40,417 nucleotides of DNA from an uncultured Planctomycetia bacterium (GTDB lineage: Bacteria; Omnitrophota; Gorgyraeia; JABMRG01), in the NCBI GenBank assembly GCA_964493115.1, contig CAZBNF010000003.1, positions 1 to 40,417 of the forward strand, given 5' to 3'. The notes beneath the pieces are model-generated. The model was not told the DNA's origin and made no database searches. It was given only the letters and a program-made list of their open reading frames with translations. Of this stretch, positions 35,279-40,417 are shown piece after piece. A program made the translations under genes and the position numbers. Numbering within the stretch: the first letter of the stretch is position 1; every line of letters starts with the position of its first letter.

Positions 35279-36313
35279 ATGGAACATGAACATCCCTGCT
35301 GCAAAAACAAAGCTAGGCCATGGTATAAGAACAAGGCATTCATAATCTCCGCTATCCTGATTTTTCTGAGCAGCCTATCATATTTTGTTCCGTTGCTTGA
35401 GCCTTTTAGAAAATCATTATATATGTATTTTTCAAGGATATGGTGGGCAATACTACTGGGGTTTTTGTTAGGCGGCGCAATCGATTATTTTGTTCCCAGA
35501 GAGTATATATCATCCACACTGTCTAAAAAAAACAAGCGCACCATACTATATTCTGTAATATTGGGGTTTTTTATGAGCGCATGTAGTCACGGCATACTTG
35601 CTTTATCCATAGAGCTCCATAAAAAAGGTGCGTCAAACCCCGCTGTAGTGGCATTCCTTCTGGCATCACCCTGGGCCAATCTGCCGCTTACTATAATGCT
35701 CTTAGGTTTTTTCGGGTTTAAGGCGTTTTATATAATAACAGCCGCGATTTTAATAGCAATAACAACCGGTATCATATATCAATTCTTAGAGCGAAAAAAT
35801 CTTATCGAGATTAACAACAATACGGTTATGGTAAAAGAGGGTTTTTCCATAAAAGGGGATATCCGCAGAAGGATGCGGTCTTATAAATTCACCAAGGTAA
35901 GTCTTTTAGAAGGTTTAAAAGGAACAATAAATGGCTCCGTATCACTTGGCGATATGGTCCTATGGTGGATACTTATTGGAATTGGCCTTGCTAGCGTGAC
36001 AGGGGCTTATATACCACAGGCTGTGTTCCAAAGGTTTATGGGGCCTACATTTTTAGGCCTGCTTGTAACATTGGCCTTTGCAACCGTGCTTGAGGTATGC
36101 TCCGAAGGCACAGCGCCTCTTGCTTTTGAAATATACAGGCAGACCGCTGCTTTAGGAAACAGTTTCGTATTTTTAATGGCAGGGGTTGTGACAGATTATA
36201 CAGAGATCGGCCTGTTGTGGCATAATGTCGGAAGAAGGGTTGCTATATGGCTTCCTATTATCACCGTGCCACAGGTGGTATTTTTTGGTGTTATAGCAAA
36301 TATAATATTTTAA
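35279..36313 (+). CDS. Permease family membrane protein (DUF318/ArsP-like) with a His/Cys-rich N-terminus
   Basis: It is polytopic, with about 8-9 hydrophobic helices. The N-terminus is MEHEHPCCKNK. The family assignment is by general resemblance only. Confidence 0.55.
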   Translation: MEHEHPCCKNKARPWYKNKAFIISAILIFLSSLSYFVPLLEPFRKSLYMYFSRIWWAILLGFLLGGAIDYFVPREYISSTLSKKNKRTILYSVILGFFMSACSHGILALSIELHKKGASNPAVVAFLLASPWANLPLTIMLLGFFGFKAFYIITAAILIAITTGIIYQFLERKNLIEINNNTVMVKEGFSIKGDIRRRMRSYKFTKVSLLEGLKGTINGSVSLGDMVLWWILIGIGLASVTGAYIPQAVFQRFMGPTFLGLLVTLAFATVLEVCSEGTAPLAFEIYRQTAALGNSFVFLMAGVVTDYTEIGLLWHNVGRRVAIWLPIITVPQVVFFGVIANIIF

Positions 36314-36315
36314 CC

Positions 36316-36963
36316 ATGCGAAAAATAGAACTTATCATATTTGATCTTGACGGCACTCTTGTCGACTCTAGGCAGGATATTGTAAATGCTGCAAACTTTA
36401 TGCTTAGAAGTTTAAATTTAAAAGAAAGGCCTTTTGAGGAAATTATCTCATATGTAGGTAAGGGTGTTAATGAACTTATTAAGAGTTCTCTTGGTAAAGA
36501 TGCTGATGGCTTAAAAGACAGGGCATTTAAGATATTCAGGTCTTATTATCAGGCTCATCCTGCTGATAATGCCTATGTGTATCCGGGCGTTTCTGAAATA
36601 CTTGATTATTTCAAGAACAAGGACAAGGCAGTTATAACAAACCGCAATCACAGAGCATCCGAGATAATTTTACAGAAAATGGGTATAGCCAGCTATTTTA
36701 AAAACGTGATAGGTGATGATAATACAAGCTGCTTAAAACCAAGCAGGTGCCAGTTTGACAAACTGTTTGGGAAAACCTCTGTAAAAGACAAGGGGAAAGT
36801 CATTATGGTAGGTGATATGGATATTGATGTCTTGGCAGGCAGGGCATCGGGTATAGTTACATGCGCTGTTACTTACGGGATAGGCAAAAGACAGGACATA
36901 GAACGGGTAATGCCCGATTATATAATAGATGATATACTCCAGCTTAAGAAAATTATAGAGTAA
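36316..36963 (+). CDS. HAD-superfamily phosphatase (phosphoglycolate phosphatase-like)
   Basis: IIFDLDGTLVDS is HAD motif I, AVITNR is motif II, and MVGDMDIDVLAG is motif IV. The start is trimmed to ATG 36316. Confidence 0.8.
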   Translation: MRKIELIIFDLDGTLVDSRQDIVNAANFMLRSLNLKERPFEEIISYVGKGVNELIKSSLGKDADGLKDRAFKIFRSYYQAHPADNAYVYPGVSEILDYFKNKDKAVITNRNHRASEIILQKMGIASYFKNVIGDDNTSCLKPSRCQFDKLFGKTSVKDKGKVIMVGDMDIDVLAGRASGIVTCAVTYGIGKRQDIERVMPDYIIDDILQLKKIIE

Positions 36964-36985
36964 AGTACTTTAAGGAGAACCCAAG

Positions 36986-37936
36986 ATGAATATACAAAGA
37001 CCTAAGATAGCGATTATAGGGTGCGGAAATGTAGGTGCTGCCTTTGCATTTGCCTTAAGCATAAACGGCACAGCCCGCGAGATAGTTCTTATAGATAAGA
37101 ATGATAATCTATCACGCGGCGAAGCCATGGATTTAAATCACGGTGCAAGCTTTATAAAACCAGTTGAGATATCGTATTCCGGTTATGAGGGCTGTAAAGG
37201 CGCTGACATAGTTGTAATAACAGCAGGCGCTAAACAGAAACCAGGCCAGAGCAGGATAGACCTTGTACAGGCTAATGCGCATATATTCGGTGATATAATT
37301 TCAAGCATTACCAAGCATACAAAAGACGCTATATTGCTTGTGGTATCAAATCCTGTTGATGTGCTGACTTATATCACGCTTAAGATATCGGGGTTTCCTT
37401 CAAACAGGGTAATAGGCTCAGGCACAGTACTTGACAGCTCAAGGCTCAGATTTCTTATAGGCAAACACTGCAAAGTCGATGCAAGGAATGTCCACGCTTA
37501 TATTGTCGGTGAACATGGCGATACAGAGTTGCCTATATGGAGCCATGCTAATATCGCAGGCATGGTATTAAAGGAATATTGCCCGTTGTGCAATGATAAG
37601 TGTGATTACAATAAGGAGCTTGACAGCATATTCAGCCAGGTAAAAAACGCGGCTTATGAGATTATAAATACAAAAGGCGCTACATATTACGCCATAGCAT
37701 TGGCATTGGTAAGGATTGTCGAGGCGATCATAAGGGATGAAAACTCGGTTTTACCGGTGTCTACTCTGATAGAAGACTATTATGGTATAAGTGATGTATG
37801 CTTAAGCATTCCTTCTATAGTAAATAAGACCGGTGTTAAGAATTTTTTAAAGCTCAAGCTTTCAGATCAGGAACAGGCACAGCTTAAGAGTTCCGCAGAT
37901 TCATTAAAGGGTGTTTTGAAGTCAATAAAGTTTTAA
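36986..37936 (+). CDS. ldh: L-lactate dehydrogenase
   Basis: The Rossmann motif is IAIIGCGNVGAAFAF. AGAKQKPGQSRIDL has Gln at the LDH/MDH discriminating position. VSNPVDVLT and VGEHGDTELPIWS are also present. Confidence 0.85.
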   Translation: MNIQRPKIAIIGCGNVGAAFAFALSINGTAREIVLIDKNDNLSRGEAMDLNHGASFIKPVEISYSGYEGCKGADIVVITAGAKQKPGQSRIDLVQANAHIFGDIISSITKHTKDAILLVVSNPVDVLTYITLKISGFPSNRVIGSGTVLDSSRLRFLIGKHCKVDARNVHAYIVGEHGDTELPIWSHANIAGMVLKEYCPLCNDKCDYNKELDSIFSQVKNAAYEIINTKGATYYAIALALVRIVEAIIRDENSVLPVSTLIEDYYGISDVCLSIPSIVNKTGVKNFLKLKLSDQEQAQLKSSADSLKGVLKSIKF

Positions 37937-37951
37937 ATAAGGAGGTAGTGT

Positions 37952-38077
37952 ATGGCAGTTGAAAATGCAGGGGAACGTTATAGGTGTAATATATGTGGAA
38001 ATGAGGTTACGGTCACAAAGGTTGGAGGTGGTGAGCTTGTATGCTGCAACCAGCCGATGGAAAAAATAGAAGGGTGA
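37952..38077 (+). CDS. Desulforedoxin (free-standing Dx domain, 41 aa)
   Basis: This ORF is not in the ORF track because it is under 60 aa. The protein is MAVENAGERYRCNICGNEVTVTKVGGGELVCCNQPMEKIEG. It has the diagnostic CxxC-x15-CC spacing and the GGGxLVCC motif of desulforedoxin and the Dfx N-terminal domain. AAGGAGG lies 6 nt upstream of the ATG. Confidence 0.85.
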   Translation: MAVENAGERYRCNICGNEVTVTKVGGGELVCCNQPMEKIEG

Positions 38078-38088
38078 AAGGGGGAAAA

Positions 38089-38325
38089 ATGGATAAAAAG
38101 ATAACAGTTTACAGTACTGCAACATGTCCGCACTGTATAAGGCTGAAAGAGTTTTTAAAAAATAATAATATAGCGTTTGAAAATATAGATGTATCATCAG
38201 ATCCTGCGAAAGCAGATGAAATGATGAAAAAAAGTGGCCAGATGGGTGTGCCTGTCATAGATATAGATGGCCAGATAATGGTCGGCTTTGACAGAACTGC
38301 CATAAGCCAGAAGCTGGGTATATAA
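38089..38325 (+). CDS. Glutaredoxin-like protein (NrdH/YruB type)
   Basis: ITVYSTATCPHCIRLKEFL carries the CPHC active site, and GVPVIDIDGQIMVGFD is present. It is 78 aa. The start is trimmed to ATG 38089. Confidence 0.85.
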   Translation: MDKKITVYSTATCPHCIRLKEFLKNNNIAFENIDVSSDPAKADEMMKKSGQMGVPVIDIDGQIMVGFDRTAISQKLGI

Positions 38326-39245
38326 TGGTTTATGAGATTATAATAATAGGCGCTGGCCCTGCAGGTATTACCGCAGCCATATATGCTGCCCGAAAAAAGA
38401 TGAATCTTCTGGTGTTAAGCAAGGACATAGGCGGGCAGACTTTATGGACAGGCGATATAGAAAATTATACAGGGTATCAGATTGTAACAGGTGCTGAGCT
38501 TACAGAAAAATTCAAAGAGCATATAGATGCCTATAAGATAACGGTAAATGAGAACGAGAATGTCTTATCTGTTGAAAAGGCAAAAGATTCGGTAACCGTA
38601 AAGACAGATAAAGCGCAATACAGCTCCAGGACAGTTGTGATTGCCTCAGGCACGACCCCCAAAGAGCTGAATGTCCCGGGTGAAAAAGAATATAAAAACA
38701 AGGGTGTTGCTTATTGCGCAACATGCGATGGTCCGCTGTTTGCAAAAAAAAGAGTAGCTGTAATAGGTGGAGGAAACTCTGCCCTTGATGCTGCGATATC
38801 ACTTTCAAAAATAGCAACAGAAGTCCATGTTGTAAATATAGCCGATGATCTTACAGGTGATGTTATTATGCAGGAAGCGCTTAAGGCAGCAAAAAATGTC
38901 ACTATATATAACAAGAGCAGCGTAAAGAGCATAAAGGGCGATAAATTTGTAAAAGCTGTAGAGATCCAGACCCCGCAAGGGGTTAAAGATATTGTGCTTG
39001 AGGGCGTATTTGTAGAGATAGGCCTTGTGCCTAATTCTGATTTCATAAAGGGTGTTAGAAAAAACAGCCTTGGAGAAATAGAAGTAAATTGCGCCTGCCA
39101 GACTGACACAGCAGGGATCTTTGCAGCAGGCGATGTAACAAGTGTCCCTGAAAAACAGATAATAGTTGCCGCAGGAGAAGGCGCAAAGGCTGCTTTATCC
39201 GCATTTCGCTATGTCATAGGATATGGCCAAAAGGATAGCGCGTAG
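38325..39245 (+). CDS. Thioredoxin-reductase-like FAD/NAD(P)H disulfide oxidoreductase (AhpF C-terminal-like)
   Basis: Supported by IIIIGAGPAGITAAIYAAR, GGQ..DIENY, the redox-active CATCDG, VIGGGNSALDAA and FAAGDVT. The ATG overlaps the grx-like stop (TAATG). Confidence 0.85.
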   Translation: MVYEIIIIGAGPAGITAAIYAARKKMNLLVLSKDIGGQTLWTGDIENYTGYQIVTGAELTEKFKEHIDAYKITVNENENVLSVEKAKDSVTVKTDKAQYSSRTVVIASGTTPKELNVPGEKEYKNKGVAYCATCDGPLFAKKRVAVIGGGNSALDAAISLSKIATEVHVVNIADDLTGDVIMQEALKAAKNVTIYNKSSVKSIKGDKFVKAVEIQTPQGVKDIVLEGVFVEIGLVPNSDFIKGVRKNSLGEIEVNCACQTDTAGIFAAGDVTSVPEKQIIVAAGEGAKAALSAFRYVIGYGQKDSA

Positions 39246-39247
39246 GC

Positions 39248-39898
39248 ATGGCAAGATACAGGTCTACTGCCCAGCTTTTAAAAGATTATCGCCTTAAAAA
39301 AAATGATATTCGCAAAAGGCTTAAAAGCTTTAAGAGGCTTGATAGATTATCTGAAAGGCAGGTATTTGAAGAGCTTGCGTTCTGTATATTTACCCCGGGC
39401 TCAAAAGCTTTAAATGGTAACAGGGCTGTTAAGGAATTAAAAAGAGAAAACCTCCTGTTTAATGGCAATAGGCACAACATAGCAAAGAGGTTGAGGGGTA
39501 TTGTAAGGTTTCATAATAATAAGGCATTATACCTTACCCAGGCAAGAAGGTATTTTAAAAAGGGCCTTAAGTTTAATATAAAAAGTTTTATATTAGCTGA
39601 TCATCCATTTATGGTAAGAGAACAACTTGCCAAAAATGTAAAAGGAATCGGCTATAAAGAAGCGAGCCATTTCTTGCGCAATATAGGCCTTGGCAGAGAC
39701 CTCGCTATTCTGGATACTCATATATTAAAAAATCTCAAGAGGTTTAATGTTATAACTGAAATCCCTGCATCAATTGGTGAAAATAAGTATCTCGACTTAG
39801 AGGACAAGATGACCGAGTTTTCAAAATATGTCAAGATCCCCATTGGCGAGTTGGATCTTTTGTTCTGGTCTCGCCAGACAGGTTTTATTTACAAATAA
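39248..39898 (+). CDS. ogg: 8-oxoguanine DNA glycosylase / AP lyase, Ogg2 (archaeal-type) family
   Basis: The HhH-GPD region is VKGIGYKEASHFLRNIGLGRDLAILDTHILK, with the catalytic Lys and Asp contexts. FEELAFCIFTP is present. Length ~216 aa. Confidence 0.75.
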   Translation: MARYRSTAQLLKDYRLKKNDIRKRLKSFKRLDRLSERQVFEELAFCIFTPGSKALNGNRAVKELKRENLLFNGNRHNIAKRLRGIVRFHNNKALYLTQARRYFKKGLKFNIKSFILADHPFMVREQLAKNVKGIGYKEASHFLRNIGLGRDLAILDTHILKNLKRFNVITEIPASIGENKYLDLEDKMTEFSKYVKIPIGELDLLFWSRQTGFIYK

Positions 39899-39913
39899 GA
39901 GAAGAGGCCAAAT

Positions 39914-40093
39914 ATGGATTATGTGTGCCCTGTATGCAATAAATCAATGGAAAGAGATCTCATTGATATCATAACGCATACAGATAAACATATAGTTGAT
40001 GTAATAAAAAAACTTCACCCGGAATGGGTAGAGTCAGACGGGGTATGTAAGAAGTGTTTCGAGTATTACAAAAAACAGCTTCACCCTGATTAG
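39914..40093 (+). CDS. Small zinc-ribbon protein (59 aa), function unknown
   Basis: This ORF is not in the ORF track. The protein is MDYVCPVCNKSMERDL...DGVCKKCFEYYKKQLHPD, with two CxxC pairs. The upstream sequence GAAGAGG is a weak RBS. It fills the gap between ogg and the cupin gene. Confidence 0.45.
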   Translation: MDYVCPVCNKSMERDLIDIITHTDKHIVDVIKKLHPEWVESDGVCKKCFEYYKKQLHPD

Positions 40094-40103
40094 GAGTATT
40101 TGA

Positions 40104-40417
40104 ATGGATACAATAATAGGCAATGCTAAATCAATGGAAACGCTTATAGGTTATCAGAAGGATTCTGTTGTAAGTAAAACGCTTATAGATAAGCAAACAG
40201 GCACTGTGACTCTATTTGCATTTGATAAAGGGCAGGCCTTAAGTGAGCATACAGCACCATTTGATGGGCTTGTTTTTATAGTTGACGGCAGAGCAGAGAT
40301 TGGAATAAGTGGAGAGGTCAAAGAGGTGTCAAAAGGTGATATTATAACAATGCCAGCAAATGAGCCCCATTTTTTAAAGGCAAAGGAGCCTTTTAAGATG
40401 CTTCTTATAATGATAAA
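40104..40417 (+). CDS. Cupin-domain protein (3' end truncated by the window edge)
   Basis: GTVTLFAFDKGQALSEHTAPFDGLVFIVDGRAEIGISGE...GDIITMPANEPH is a typical small cupin barrel. AGGAG lies 7 nt upstream of the ATG. Confidence 0.65.
   Translation, partial: MDTIIGNAKSMETLIGYQKDSVVSKTLIDKQTGTVTLFAFDKGQALSEHTAPFDGLVFIVDGRAEIGISGEVKEVSKGDIITMPANEPHFLKAKEPFKMLLIMI

Overview
This 40.4-kb window is AT-rich (by eye) and comes from a bacterial chromosome. It is almost entirely core metabolism, and all genes but three sit on the + strand. The gene content suggests an anaerobic, diderm, probably uncultivated bacterium: LptF/LptG and HldD, two PilT ATPases, rubrerythrin, superoxide reductase, desulforedoxin, and a NifS/NifU Fe-S system. 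The lineage cannot be determined from sequence alone.

Gene order:
- tRNA operon with Lys-CTT, Leu-TAG and Gly-GCC, all with encoded CCA. It is invaded by a LAGLIDADG-type endonuclease ORF and littered with tRNA 5' remnants and GC-rich palindromes.
- Regulatory PTS cluster ptsN-yvcK-ptsH-ptsI, with no sugar permease in the window.
- Nucleotidyltransferase, metK, ahcY, two pilT paralogs, pfkA.
- CPA2 antiporter fused to a PTS EIIA domain.
- lptG-lptF-comF on the minus strand.
- fba, an HD-GYP protein, a Na/Pi cotransporter, a Cys-rich miniprotein, a clan-A glycoside hydrolase, a TIGR01212-like radical SAM protein.
- gcvT-H-PA-PB, a lipoate ligase-like gene, lipA, hldD.
- An iron/oxygen-defence island of about 10 kb: nifS, nifU, ferritin, Nfu, rubrerythrin, an atypical SOR, an FNR-like reductase, a permease, a HAD phosphatase, ldh, desulforedoxin, a glutaredoxin-like protein, a TrxR-like protein, ogg, a cupin.

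No CRISPR array, transposase, prophage or recognisable defence system was seen.

The signals not explained by genes are:
1. A dispersed structured repeat of about 100 nt, with 3 full copies and 1 half copy, all in + orientation. The core is conserved and the outer stem changes by compensatory substitutions.
2. A second, modular family of nested palindromes with 3 copies.
3. The endonuclease/tRNA arrangement, in which the ORF has no stop codon until after it has read through tRNA-Lys.
4. An unusual SOR architecture, plus a free-standing desulforedoxin beside a Grx-like/TrxR-like pair.

All protein calls come from motif recognition by eye. No database search was run.
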